DNA of 64,000 nt from Parasitella parasitica NRRL 2501 (GCA_025201805.1 MU619276.1:162805-226804); one strand, 5' to 3'; positions 23,344-36,797 are shown, counted from the stretch's first letter. Notes: generated from the sequence alone by a model not told the origin. Numbers and translations: made by a program.

Positions 23344-24799
23344 ATGACAGTTGAAACTTTCAAAATTTTCCCTAGCAATAAACACAACCGTCCAGCTCCA
23401 CCATCCAAAGTAGCGTTTCATGGTCTTGATCTCATGGGTGCACCGATTCAAATCCGCAACCATCGGTTCTTTCACCCTCCCACAGACACCACTTTTGATC
23501 ACGTCGTCGAGAACCTAAAGTCCTCCCTTGCTGAAGCGCTCGAGTTATACCCACCTGTGGCTGGCACGTTAGAAATGGACAGAGATGGTGAAATTCACAG
23601 CGCAATGGGCCCTGAATTCAACAAGGGCACGCCATTCTTGGTGGAAAGGAAAGAAACGCCATATCAGGGCGATGCAGACGACGTTGGGCCTCGCACTGAT
23701 GTCCTCCTTCCTCACACATCAGATATATTGCAAGTTAAAGTGACTCAGGTACAGCATAAATTCACCGTGCGCTGTGTACATACAGTCCAGTAGTAGACAC
23801 TCACACAACGTGTTTTAGTTTTCTTGTGGTGCCATTGCTGTGGCCTCGTCCTTAAACCATCAAATCTCAGATTTGCGCGGGTTTCTTGATTTTCTCGAAC
23901 TCTGGGCTTGCATTGCAAGAGGCGAAGCTGTTGACTTCAATAGCATTCCTGACAATTGGAGTCGAACACCTGGTAGGTTTTTTCTTGGTTTGACTAAAGA
24001 ATCAGCACCCAAAGCACCCGCTCCATTTTCTGTACTAGACAAGCCCGTAACTGGACCTTCTGCCTATCTTCTAGTTCCATCAGTGGCTACGATATGGGAC
24101 TTTACAAAGAGTGACATGGAAAGATTGAAGAAAGATTTATCGTCCTCACAGCAACATACCCCCAACGGTTGGATCTCATCTGGCGATGCGCTCGCAGCTT
24201 TATTGTGTGGTGTCATTACCCGTGCTCGGGAAAGAGCCTGTGTACCAAGACTGGAAGGAAGATCAACTAAAAAAGAGTTGCACGAACAAATTGCGATGGC
24301 TGCAGATGGCCGCGACAGAGCACCGAGAGGGGATATGGCTGGTGGCCATTATTTTGGTAATTTCAATCCTCTATGGAACGCCACAATTTCTCGAACCGAC
24401 CTGCTGGAAGCCACTTGTGCGTCTGCGTCTCGGGTCGCTGCTGCTATCCGCGCTGCATTGACAACGGAACTTTCACCTGAGGCGGTTGCGTACAAGATTT
24501 CGTTCTTTCAAGATCCTCAAAACACGGTTCCTCGCGGCCGTATTTCGTGGACAGCAGATATGATATTGACGAATTGGTGTCGATTTGATCTGAAGGGACC
24601 AAAACTAGATCTAGGTTGGGGAAAACCTTTTCATGCAACTTCGGGTAGTGGGGGGTCTTTTCCACCCGGATATTGTTTAATGACTCATGATCACGAATCC
24701 CAGGCGACAACTGTATTAATGACAGTGGAAGGTGATGGTGTTGAGAATTTGAAAACTGACACTTTGCTGAACAGTTACGCCACGCTGATATCTGAATAA
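23344..24799 (+). CDS. BAHD-family acyl-CoA acyltransferase (Transferase family); one intron about 23749-23818
   Basis: LKSSLAEALELYPPVAG, QVTQFSCG, catalytic HQISD (HxxxD), YFGN and DLGWG (DFGWG motif). Confidence 0.9.
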
Positions 24800-24880
24800 A
24801 ATGTTGTTTTGTATGTATGTATGTAGTATTTACAGCGAATTTATTGAGAAAGTATGAATAAAATTAGGGTAAACTGTGAT

Positions 24881-25818
24881 TTATTTTTGTCCAGTCTTTA
24901 AAAGATCCAGGAAGCTTGACTTTGACATTGTTGAAACTATAGACAAATTAGCACTGGGATACGCTAGCTCAGCATTGGACACTTACCACTTTTGGCTTTT
25001 TCTTTTGCTGCAAGAGTCTTGCGAGTGTCGGCAGCATTTTGAACGGCAACCTCTGTTACCTTTTGTTGTGTACGAATAGCATTGAACAGTTTGACAACAC
25101 CTCTTGTAGCGACCTTTCTTAGTCTCTTTTCGTATTCAAATGTCGTAAAGTCAGGAATAACTCTGCCCTTCTCTTTCAATGCTTTCTTTTCTGCCGACAT
25201 GATCTTGCGAGCCTTGTAGTCTAATTTGTCGTCTTCAATCTTGCGTTCTAAGCCTTTTGATCTGGCAAGGATAGGTTGCTGTCCGACATTTTAGTCGATT
25301 GATTGGATTGCTCTCTGGCAGCACATGTCGACAAAAAACTTACCTTTCTGTCCGATCCGGTCAACGTACTGGCCAAAATCTTGGTCATGGCGTCAGAAAA
25401 TGCTTCTGAACTAAATTTCTTGGGTTGCTTGGGACCTGGAGGATATGTACTTGGGTGAGCTGTCAAAATTGCCGTTGCGAATGCTTTACTCACCGTCGTC
25501 TAGATCCATTTTATCGTCGTCAAACTCGTCATCATCGTCTTCATCATCATCGTCATTATCGTCATTATCGTCTTCATCGTCTTCATCGTCATCATCCTCG
25601 GCATCAGCATTTTGATATATTTCCATGTCATCATTCTCTTTTTCACCTTCTTCCTCGTCAGCAGAACTCTCACTTGAAGCAGATTCGACCAAGTCTTGAG
25701 CCGTTCTCTGTGTTTTTACTCTCTTGATAACTTTCTTTGGAGAAGCCGCTACAGCTTTTTTATCTTCCAACTTTTTCTCAACAGCTTGCTGCTTCTTGAC
25801 CTGTTTCTTTGCTGCCAT
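24881..25818 (-). CDS. RRP15: Ribosome biogenesis protein Rrp15
   Basis: Acidic N-terminus, AFSDAMTKIL, QPILARSK, EYEKRLRKVATRGVVKLFNAI and C-terminal MSKSSFLDLLK. Confidence 0.88.
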
Positions 25819-26329
25819 GATGTTTAATTCTAGGTTGAGTAAAAAACCAGAAGAAGAGAAAAAAAATAGATTGCGAGGCTTTTCGAAGCGTAAACAAGTA
25901 AAGACAGTCCATGCATCAATGTTGCTTTATTACATAATAATGCATCAACTGAAGAGGGTCTTACTCAAGCATGGCTCTTTCCGCTAAAAAAAAAAACAGA
26001 GAGCAAGCTCTAAGCCTGCGAATACCGTTGTTGATGCGACATGGGTCAATGTAGCTAGAGGCATTAAACGGTTTACAATGGCCTTTAATCCAACCATTGT
26101 TAAAACACCCATCAATCCTCCCTCCAAAGACACTTTGACTAGTCAGTCTTTTATGACAGAAAAGCCTATGTATGAAGCCTTGAAATGGTTCGAGCCCTTC
26201 CTTAAAGGCATTGAAGAGGATTCAGTTCTAACTGACATAACGGGGTTAACCAGCCAACAGCTTTTACATGAAGTAGTGTAAGCCTTCAGAATGGATGCCT
26301 ACTTTCGCCATGGATATAATGACTATACT

Positions 26330-26680
26330 GACAGGGTGCCCAAAACCCGCAAGTACATGCCATTGCCACAAAGCAGTATCCAAGCTATTTCAATCAGTCT
26401 GCTCGCAGTTTCTTCATGAGGGTCTGTTCTCTGTCATTTAATGGACCACATGGATTAAGCCAAAACCCTTATGGAGTTGGGTGTATTAGATATTGCACAA
26501 CAACAGAGAGTACTGTACTTTCGTTGGGTTCAGCCTATCCTACGCCCCTCTGATTCTCCTCATATTCATATTCTAGATCTCATGCTTGCCATGCTAGTTA
26601 ATAAGCAAAATCGGAGACTTCACGGATATACAGTATGTGTCCAAAAAAACACACTGCTGCATCCATGATAGTTAACATCA
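26330..26680 (+). mobile_element. Highly degenerate LINE ORF2 remnant
   Basis: LGVLDIAQQQRVLYFRWVQPIL resembles the post-RT GGLG(V/I)LD...QQ..L..RW motif of L1-like elements. Confidence 0.5.
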
Positions 26681-26999
26681 GGAGGGCCCATATGAGAATG
26701 GTCTTTCACTCGGCACCCTTCAAATGGCCTGATGCAGTCAAACAAATCAAACTTCAAGTCCATAACAAAGTAAAAATATATTGACCAGCTATAATTCTTG
26801 TCTCTCTGTTTTAACATGGCCATTTTTATATCTGAATCTTTTACTGACTTTAATAGACTTTAGCTTGTCAATTGCGCCCGCCTCTTGATAGCTCCCTAGG
26901 GATCTATTATTTTACACGGAGCAATCCATAGAAACAATTATTCTAAAAAAAAAAAAAAAAAATAAGAAAAAAATAAAAAAATAAAAACTCAAGCAGTAG

Positions 27000-28669
27000 T
27001 TATCGCAACTCATAACGATCGCCATGACGATCACTGCTGTCCCGGTAAGTGTTGAGCCCACCATCCACTAGTAAAATGGGCGTGCTTTCAGCGACAGTGC
27101 TATAAAGATGATGCGACGCAGCTCTATCTAGTCCATATTCATCGTAGTCGTCATCATCCTCTTCAATGTCTCCCCCTTGTAAGCGATGCGTCTCTTCCTG
27201 CCCAACGTCAATAGCCGCTGTGTCTTTTCTCGCCTTTGCTGTAATCATCTTGAGCTTGAGCCAATTGTATAGACCAATACCGAACAGTGTGATGCATAAA
27301 CCGATGATATTGACGATGGTGAGAATGTCTCCAAATACAAGCGACGAAATGAATATAGTAGCCACTTCCTTGAAAATACCACATACACTCAGTGTTACTA
27401 CCGATGTGCGCTTGATCAAGAAAAATTCAGACATGATCATACAAAAAGCAAGGCTTCCACCGGCCAAAATAATGCCCATCTACATTTTGAACCGTAAGCC
27501 ATTTTGCTCAAACATGGGAAGAAGAAAAAAAAAAGGGGGGGGGGCGGGGGCGGGGAGAGCGAGATACGTACCGTGTGCAATCCTACACCAAATGTACTGA
27601 AAAAAGCACTGTGAAATATAGTAAAATAGCCCTCTACGCCGGCAGATATAATCAAGAGGATAATCGCTTGGGATGGAGCCAAGAAAAAGATGGAGGCAAA
27701 TGGGTTTGTCAAGCCAATACTCTCTTTCCGCAATAGAACCTCTGTCAATGACCAGCGAAGACCACCGAAAACTGAAGCAGCCATCACTTGCACAAAACCT
27801 ACCAGATTAAAGTCTGTTTCGTCCGACACCATCAATACGACGCCTGTTGTTATAATGACAATGATCAGGATCAAATTCCAACTAGGCTTTTCGAGCTTAA
27901 AGATGAACGCAAAAATCAGGACAAACGCAAGAGTCGACGATTTGCACATGGCTGGAGAGAAAACGGTTAGCATTGGCCATGGACGACACGGGCATTATGA
28001 TAGTGCGACTTACTATAGAATGAAAGGGTGATAGTCTTTAGCGAGAGGTTGGATAGTCCAATGTCGAGACTTGTGGCTAACGCACAAGGCAAGACTTTGT
28101 ATCTATAAAAATGTGTAGTTCAATACATGCAGTCAGACTAGACAAGCATACACACATTACATGTAATCGGAGACTGTGGGTCGTTTAGCAGGTCGTAGTT
28201 TAGGCACAACAAGCAGTGAAGTGCCAGAAAACACAAATTGCACAATCATGTGAACACTGGTGACAAACAAAGGATACTGAAAGTTGTAATGGTCCTCTGA
28301 AAACATCCATTTGTTGTATACTGATAATATCGTGGCAAACTATAATGGCAGCAGCGGTTAGAACAGTAATGGCCAGCTAGTCAAACAAACAAGACACTTT
28401 ACAGTATACCTGATCAGAAAAATGAGTTTTTTTTAGAGAGGTGAATATAGGCTTTGAGTAGCATTCAGTTCTTACCACATCAGTATCCAAAACAAATTAA
28501 TAGCCGATGATTTTACGATGCTCTTCTTTTGCTGTATCGTTCTTTCTTTGGTTGTCTGGTTGTTCAGCAATGTCTCGGAAGGCAACGACAAAGGGTCCTC
28601 GTCTCGTAATGAAAACACCTCGCTATCCTGTGATGGCCGCCTGTGAGATGGTTGTAAATTTTTGGTCAT
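27000..28669 (-). CDS. TPT-family nucleotide-sugar transporter (SLC35C2/YMD8-like), multi-exon
   Basis: [69 protein letters not shown] and [15 protein letters not shown]. Confidence 0.9.
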
Positions 28670-28973
28670 TTTTACAAGGTGTTATGGATTCATATACGGG
28701 TGTATATGTTGTATAAATATAAAGCAGAGCAAAAGAAGAAAAGGGCACAAGATGAGGGATAAAAAAAGCCGCTTTTTTAAAGTCCAGGTATTTGCATCTG
28801 GCCAACGTATAACAGTGGGGTGCACCAAAGCCATAATGAAGCTGCAATAAGCAACTGCTGTATTTCTTGCTATTGCGCTACCAGCTGATACTTTTTTTTA
28901 TTTTTTTTTATTGATTTATTTATACATATAGTGAGAGTAAACTTTTTGTTACAATACGAATTGGTCAAACATG

Positions 28974-29612
28974 TCATAACGTTTGGTTGTGTAACGAGAG
29001 CATATGCCTTTTGAATGATGTTTTGCGAATTCTTATCTCGCAAATCTCGCAATAATAGTAAGATTTCGAAGGAGCTGATTTTTTTGGTTTGATCAAAGGG
29101 GGTAAAAGCATATGGTGGATTCTTCTCAAATGAATGTTGTAAAAGTTTTTGTTCGTGTGAGGCTTTTCACAAGATCTGCAGTAAAAGTTGGGGTCGTCTA
29201 CATCTGGCTGCACATCTAAATACTTGATGCCTTTGATTTTAGGCGTGATGTTGTGTGCTGATTTGATATGGCTGTAGTATTCCCTGCACCCTTTTATGTT
29301 TTCATTGCATCTACGGCAATAAAACCAAGAGTCTCTGTTCATCGGGATAACTTTATCTGTTTCTTGGGTCTGTCAGTTGCACGCTATTCTTGTGCGATTT
29401 ATACATGTACTTTACTTACCGTTCTCAGGCTCACCTGGTGTCGTGTCTTCCTTTTTATAAGCTGGGCTCTCTTCTTTATTGATTTCAGGCTCTGGGTTGT
29501 CTCGTTGTCGTTTGCTTGTAGACGTGTCTTGATTGTCGGCTTGATTTACCTGCAAGCTTTCGACATCTGACAGGTGCTCTTCTTTCTTTACTGCAACTAT
29601 CTGATTATTCAT
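28974..29612 (-). CDS. Small C2H2 zinc-finger protein (3 fingers)
   Basis: CRRC..HIKSAH, PDVDDPNFYCRSC..HLRRIH and CEIC..HMLSLH. Probable intron just after PENG (GTAAGT donor near 29418). Confidence 0.7.
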
Positions 29613-29897
29613 TGCTAGATGTGGTGGTGGGTGCCTTTTATCAAATGTAAAAACTATCAGGATGCCCTTATATTTTTTGCCAACTCGACTATAAGCCACT
29701 TGCTCTCTGTTTATGTATTGCTTTACATTTTTATTTCTGCTCTGAGGCGAGTATGATGTCGGCGTTTAGCCTAGTGGGGGAGGAGGGGGAATCTCAAAGG
29801 TAGCTTTCAGGGTAGATCGTTTTTCTCGTGTCAAGTAAATTAATCTTTTATTCTCAACAATGCATACAAAAAAAATAAAATAAAATAAAAATCGATT

Positions 29898-30705
29898 TTA
29901 TCTATCACCATGTAGTCTTTTCCGTGCCTTTTATAATTTGGATTTTGTTGAAATGTTTAATAACCATCCAAAATGATACTACATGCATTTTTTTTTTCTT
30001 TTTTTTTTTTTTTTTTTNNNNNNNNNNCCATTTAAACTTACCGTATCAAGAGTCCTACTTTGATAAGTGCCAGAAGAGCTTACATCTCGTTTTACTGACG
30101 AACCTATTCCTGCTGATTGCGCATAACTTTCGGCCTTGATAGGATCCAAAATACCTGAACCATCTTTGCCCAGCCCTTCCCCTTTTTTCCAGCCCATGTT
30201 TGCCAACATACGGGCACCTTTGTTGTCGTCTGCTATAGGTGCATATACAGAACTCTGATTGATTTTTGCTCTACACAGCCTCGGATTTAGCATTCAACTA
30301 GTCGACTGCAGTGCGAGGCAACTTACTGTTCACGTTTTGGAAAGGACTGGTGTCTTGGGGGGGATGAAGGAGGGGATAACACTGGCTTCTCCGGCTGTCC
30401 ATATGCTTGCCTTCTCTCGGCAGCTCGATTGCGATACTACCTAGACTTAATATCTGGTGTCGCAACACAACAATGACGCCCTACCTCCACAGTTTGTTCT
30501 TTGTCCTTGCTTGATTGTTCAACCTGGATAAACTGCAACTTGAGCTTGGCCTTGTTCACAGCGACAGCGTCATTTAGGTTGTTCTAAATGTCGAAAATAT
30601 ACCTTGTTTAACATTGTCCAACTGTATGGCTGCAGCATCATATGTCTCATATTCACGCCACCCCCCGTCTCCACTCTCACCAGACCGACGCCTCCTTCCT
30701 TTCTT

Positions 30706-30741
<36 letters not shown>

Positions 30742-31241
30742 GCACACCAACCCGCCTGGACATCAATAAATCGACATGTTCGTACTTTGTGAAGTTCAGA
30801 TATAGCTTGGTGTCTCTCCAGATCTGGCTTCGATTTGAACTTGCGTTGACACAACAAGCAGGCCATGGCAGACAAGTCTGCATAATCGGCCCTGGCCAGC
30901 TCTTGTTCGGTCTCGAGATGTGCTTCTTGTTTGAGTTCTTTTTTCTTTCTATTCCAACGCTCCAACTGACTGTAAACCTAGTCCATCATTTAGCTGCGGC
31001 AAAGCACCTAGCTGTTGGCCTTGAAACTTACTTTTTTGGTTGCGATAGGAGCTGCGGTGCTGTCTTTGTCTGAGCGTTTGCGCTTCTTTTCGTCGCCTAC
31101 GACTGCAGAAGCTGCTGCTGCCGTTGTCGCTGTCGCTGTCGTTGCTGATTTCTCTTTTTCTTGCGCTGAATCGAGGTCCACTGTCTTTTCAATTTTTGAC
31201 TTGATGACAAACTTGAACGCTGGCTTTTGTTGGTTGAACAT
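29898..31241 (-). CDS. RBM5/RBM10-like C-terminal module (C2H2 ZnF + G-patch)
   Basis: LERWN, DYADLSAMACLLCQRKF..L.RH..SELHK, YRNRAAERRQAYG, G-patch NKGARMLANMGWKKGEGLGKDGSGILDPI, ending ARKRLHGDR*. Confidence 0.8.
30703..30741. repeat. (CT)n(CA)n compound microsatellite (intronic)
   Basis: Directly visible. Confidence 0.9.
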
Positions 31242-31702
31242 TTTTCAATTTTGTAAAGAGGTAAAAAAAAAAAAAAAAATTATAATGGCCAGGAGCATTT
31301 GTAATGAACAGCTCAAATCCGTGACTGAGGGAAATGTCCAGCAAGAACAATGATCCCGATGCACGGTACGATTTGGGACATTTGCTCGCAATTGTCAATT
31401 ATATTCTTCAATCGAATGTCAAGTGTATTGGCATCTGGATGCATTGCTAATGAGAACCACAACCACTGAATCGAAACAAAATGTAGAGTATTTTGTTGAC
31501 ATTGTTTTTGAGCAAGTGCCAACCTTTTTTCCCGTTGTTTTTTTTAGCCGGAGAAATAGAATGATGGCAATAACTACTATGTATAATTATATCTGGATCC
31601 CAAGTTCCAAAAATATAAAAAAAGAGTTTTTTTTTTTTTGACAAGCCAGATTTTCAAGTTGTTTCTTTCTTGATTTTCGCCCGAAAAAAAAACATACGCA
31701 GA

Positions 31703-34110
31703 ATGGCAGAAAGCGGCTCAGGCTTCAACTATGATGATTACCCTGTCATTGTAGGCATTGATTTCGGCAAGTAATATTCCACGCATTGGGCTTGTCAATC
31801 ACTGGCTAAATGTGAATGTCTCTGTAGGCACTACATTCTCCGGCTGCTGCTATGCATTTGCACAGAACGAAGAAGTAATTGACATTGTCAAATGGTAATT
31901 TGCAGAGCAGTCTGTCGTATATACAGCACATGGTATTAACAATGACATATATTAGGCCCAAGCAGAATAACAATATTTATCCCAAGGTATGCTAATCCCT
32001 AGCTACGTTAGCGTATGCAATAACCAATTTCAAATCGTAGACTCCTACATTGTCATTGTATAGAAAGGGATCGACGCAAATACTGGACTGGGGGCATGGA
32101 GCAAGAAGGACAGCGATGAAGCCCAACAGCTCAGATCTCTTGCTGCTGTCTAAATTCAAGCTGTACCTTGACGAACATTTGCAAAACGAAACTTTGCCCA
32201 ATAATCTCAACATTATCGATGTCATTGCTGATTACTTGCGACTATTTCACAACCACGTCTGCGCGGAATTGTTAAAGGGATTTGCAGGAAATTACGACCA
32301 GAGTAAATTTCGCTATGTAAGAGTTTAGTTTTTCACACAAGAAAAACCCCCCTTCTCCCTCCCTCCCATCGTATTTAATAACGCTGTCGGACACATGTAT
32401 GTATAGTGCTTGACTGTGCCAGCCATGTGGACAGATCGCGCCAAAGCAGCCATGCGAGAAGCAGCCATTCGAGCAGGGCTGATTGTGCGTGCAGATCCAC
32501 CCGAAAGACTCGCCTTGATTTCAGAGCCTGAAGCAGCAGCGCTGTACTGCGAAAAGAAATCGGAGCAATTTAATCTATCGCATGGCCAGCGATTCATGAT
32601 TTGCGATGCTGGCGGCGGAACAGTAGATCTTATCGTATTTGAAATCGATGAAAAGGCGGCTGGAAAGTAAAGAGATTGTCACAATTGTTGTACATGTCGA
32701 CATGAGTTGAATCTAACTCATGCTATTTAGACGCACTTTGAAGGAAGTTACTAATGGCCATGGCGCCACCTGTGGCTCTGGTTTTCTGGATTCTCGTATG
32801 CGTGACTACATTGCTCGCAAATTTGCTCACATTGGCCCTATCAATGATTCAGCGATGGAACACATTATGGAAACATTTGTCAACATAAAAAAAAAAAAAA
32901 ATCGGCTGGTGTGTATGTGTATTGCAGTGCTGTTGAGTAACCTGCCAAATATTTGTAGCCTGAATTCGATGGCACAGAGGACCACTTTTTAGATTTGCCA
33001 GCCTCTATGGGCTTGGGCGATTTAACGGATGAGCCCATCGGCTTGGAAAATGGGTGTCTGTTGCTTCCTGCCACGGAGCTCTGCAATGAGATTTTCGACC
33101 CCATTGTATCGCAGGTACTGGGGCTGATCGACAACCAGTTGCTGCAGTCGCCTGTCTTGGAGGCTATTTTCTTGGTAGGCGGGTTTGGGCAGTCCAACTA
33201 CTTGTTCAAGCGAGTTGAAGACATCTTTGCAGACCGAGTAGGGATGATTGGAGTGCCTCCTCGAGGCGAACTAGCTGTTGTCCGTGGTGCTGTCTATTTT
33301 GGCCTGAGTCCGCAAACAGTGACAGAGCGCATTTCTCGCCGCACGTATGGCGTCGAGACCCGCATGCTGTTCCAGAACGACATTGACCCACCAGAATTTT
33401 CTGTGGTCGGCGTAGACGGAAGAAACTATTGTCGGCAGAGGTTCAGCGTGTATGTGCATAAAGGGCAAAGCATAGACGTCAACGAGTGTGTGTCCAAGAC
33501 GTTTGTGATTAGCTATCCCAACGACACGGATTCAGACTTGTATGCGTACGATGCGGATGAGCCTGTACCACGTCTCACGACAGATCCTCGAATCCAAAAA
33601 GTCGGTCATTTCCCTATCCGCATGCCCAAATTAGAAGGTGTCAAGCCAGGCGATAAAGTAACACTGACGATTCGCATGTATTTTGGCCTGACTGAAATCA
33701 AAATAGAGTGTGTCATCCAAGACCAAGTTTTCGTGTTTACTAGTGCTTTTGACGCTGCTGATGCTCGTACTGCGACAGCGACAGCGACAGCGACAAACGC
33801 TACGTCAAATATACAGACTCCAACAATTCAGCCAATGTCGGCCATGTCTTCTGTTGTCTATCCGCCAACACGGTATTCTCCAGCGCCTGCACAACTACCA
33901 CCAATTCAACAGCAACACCAAGGGTATCCTTCCAGCGTCATGCCACCAAATAGCGGCGTCTACGACAGCAGAAACTCGGCCATGAGCTACGATGCATTGG
34001 CTGCACAGCAACAACAGGATTACTACAATCAGCAGCAGCAGCAGTATCCGCCCCAAGGATACTATAACGCTACTACACAGCAAATGTACCCTCCCAGCCA
34101 CTACCGCTAA
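31703..34110 (+). CDS. HSPA12-like atypical Hsp70 with Q/Y/P-rich tail (multi-exon)
   Basis: VGIDFGTTFSG, LTVPAMWTD, ISEPEAAALYC, ICDAGGGTVDL, LVGGFGQSNYL, AVVRGAV and RRTYG. Confidence 0.9.
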
Positions 34111-34206
34111 TGATGCTTAGAAACATGTCAAACCGGCTATTATGTAAAACCTGTGAAATAAACATTCGAGTTTTTTTTTTTTTTTCGTCTTTTGCCTTTT
34201 TTTTTT

Positions 34207-34238
<32 letters not shown>

Positions 34239-34250
34239 TTTTACACCAGT

Positions 34251-34490
34251 ATGGAATCTCCTATACAAGCACAGCATCCTCATTCTCATCCAAATCAAGT
34301 ACCTCAGCCTCATGCTGGCCGTCCGGTTGGTTCAGCCATGAGACCGAGAAGAGTAATTGGCAAGTTTTTCCTGTCTAAAACGCTCGGTAGAGGTTCTATG
34401 GGGAAAGTCAAGCTAGCTCTGAACACTGAAACAAACGAAAAGGTATCTACCATGCCATGTGTATATGTGTGTGTGTATGTGCGTGTGTGT

Positions 34491-34524
<34 letters not shown>

Positions 34525-36766
34525 CTGTGTGTGTGTCTGTGCGTGTGCGTGTATGATTTTGCGTTGCTCATCTGTTGCTTGTATGCATATAGCTGGCAGT
34601 TAAAATTGTTCCCCGTAAGCTGCTGGTAAGCAAATCAGTCCCACCCACCAAGAAAGAACGGGATGCTGAAATCAGTCGAGAAATACGGACCATTCGAGAA
34701 GCCAGCATCATGCTCCTGCTGGATCACCCGTTTATTGCTAGACTGGATGAAATGGTGCTGATAGACAACTTTTACTACCTGTTTATGGAGTACGTGGACG
34801 GTGGCCAACTGCTGGATTACATCATTTCACACGGCAAACTGAAAGAGAGACAGGCAAGGCAGTTTTCACGGCAAATAGCTAGCGCTTTAGGTAAGTTTGT
34901 TGGGGGGCGGCGGGAGGGACGTCCAACGCACTGTCGGATTTAAACAGAGTGCACCACAGATTACTGCCATCGCAATTCCATCGTCCACAGAGATTTGAAG
35001 GTGGAGAACATCTTGATCTCGAGATCCGGCACCATCAAGATCATTGACTTTGGACTTTCCAATGTCTTTTCTCCAAGGTCTCATCTTTCAACCTTCTGTG
35101 GGTCTTTGTACTTTGCTGCGCCTGAATTGCTGGACGGGAGAATGTACACTGGTCCTGAAGTCGATGTGTGGAGCTTTGGCGTGGTGATATACGTGCTGGT
35201 TGTTGGTGCCGTTCCGTTTGACGACCAAAACGTAGCTGCATTGCACGCCAAGGTAAAGCAGGGCGATCTGGAGTATCCTGGACATCTCTCGGGCGATTGC
35301 AAGAGTCTGCTCCAGCGCATGCTGGTGACACGTCGAAAACAGCGAGCCTCCATGTCCGAAGTCATTGTTCATCCGTGGCTGAACAAGGGCTACGATGCTC
35401 CAGTCGAAAACCATCTGCCCAAGAGAAATCCCCTGCAGCTTCCCGTTGATATGAACGTAGTGCGTGGCATGGGGGGATTTGGGTTTGGCACGGAAGAAGC
35501 GATCAAGAACGAGCTGGAAACTATCATCTCATCTGAAGAATACCAATCCAGCGCCAAGCTGTTGCAATTGACGTCGCAGCATTCATTCGAGGAGATCTCA
35601 CCACCTATCCATTTGTTGAGACAGAGGTCGTTCTCTTGCGCCATGAACGATCCCCAGTCTATTCCTGCTGCATATCACCCATTGATATCCATATACTACC
35701 TTGTCAAGGAACGCATGCAAAAAGATGCGTTATCCAGGAGTTCGCATGAGCTATCCGACGACGATTCGTTGTTGAGGGGTGAAAAAACAGACTCGATTGG
35801 CGTCTCGTACACGGCTCGCGGTAAAGCCCATGTCCAGCAGCAAACTTTGCAGCAAGAGCAAGATGTTGTGCAGTATGCGCTGGGAGTAGCAGAGGCCTCT
35901 GCGCAAGCCTCAGCTGATTTCGGACATGGACATCGCCGCATGATTTCTGACGCATCGGCCGCTTCTACGCTGTCAGCTTCCACTGGCACGTCGGGCTCTG
36001 CCACCAGTAATAAGTCCAGTATCCTCAGTCGTCTGAGTCGTCGCTTAAGCAGACAGCACCAACCAGATGAACCAAATGCGCCCATTGCAAACACAAGACA
36101 AAATAGACGGGTCTCAGGTGATGCTGCCCCCAATATCACAATTGCTAAGCGCACCGTCGCTGGGGATACCGCCCCCGTTGTCACCCTCAATGGATCACCT
36201 GTCACTGTTGAACACCACCCTTCACCTCACAGGAAAGATGGCAGATCAGGTAAATTGTTCAACAGCTTACTAAAGAGAGCCACTTCTATTACGGTAAAGG
36301 ACTTGCCATCTACGCAACACGGTACCGAGCATAAGACAGCAGCCCACCATTTCAATCGTCGTCCATCCACATACACCACTACCGTTGAACGCGGAAACCC
36401 CTCTGGTCAAGCAAAAGTCGGAGCTCGACACGAGCATCAGAAAGACACAGCAACTTCCCTGCTAACATTACCCACTACCGTCATCCCTAACACAGCCGCT
36501 GCCGCCGCTTCCGCTGCCACCACCACCACCATCACCACGAGCGACCTTTCACCCACTGTCGAGCAAGATGAACACGCAGATCACAGGCAGCAAAAAGCAG
36601 ACGATTCTGTGAAATCTGTTTATTTAAAAGGCTTGTTTTCAGTGGCAACCACTTCGAGCAAAAAAGTATCTGATATCCGTCAAGAAATCATACGGGCGTT
36701 GGCAAAGAAGGGCATTTCGTACCGTGAAAAGAAGGATAGATTCGAGTGCTTTTTGAGCAGCAGCAA

Positions 36767-36797
<31 letters not shown>

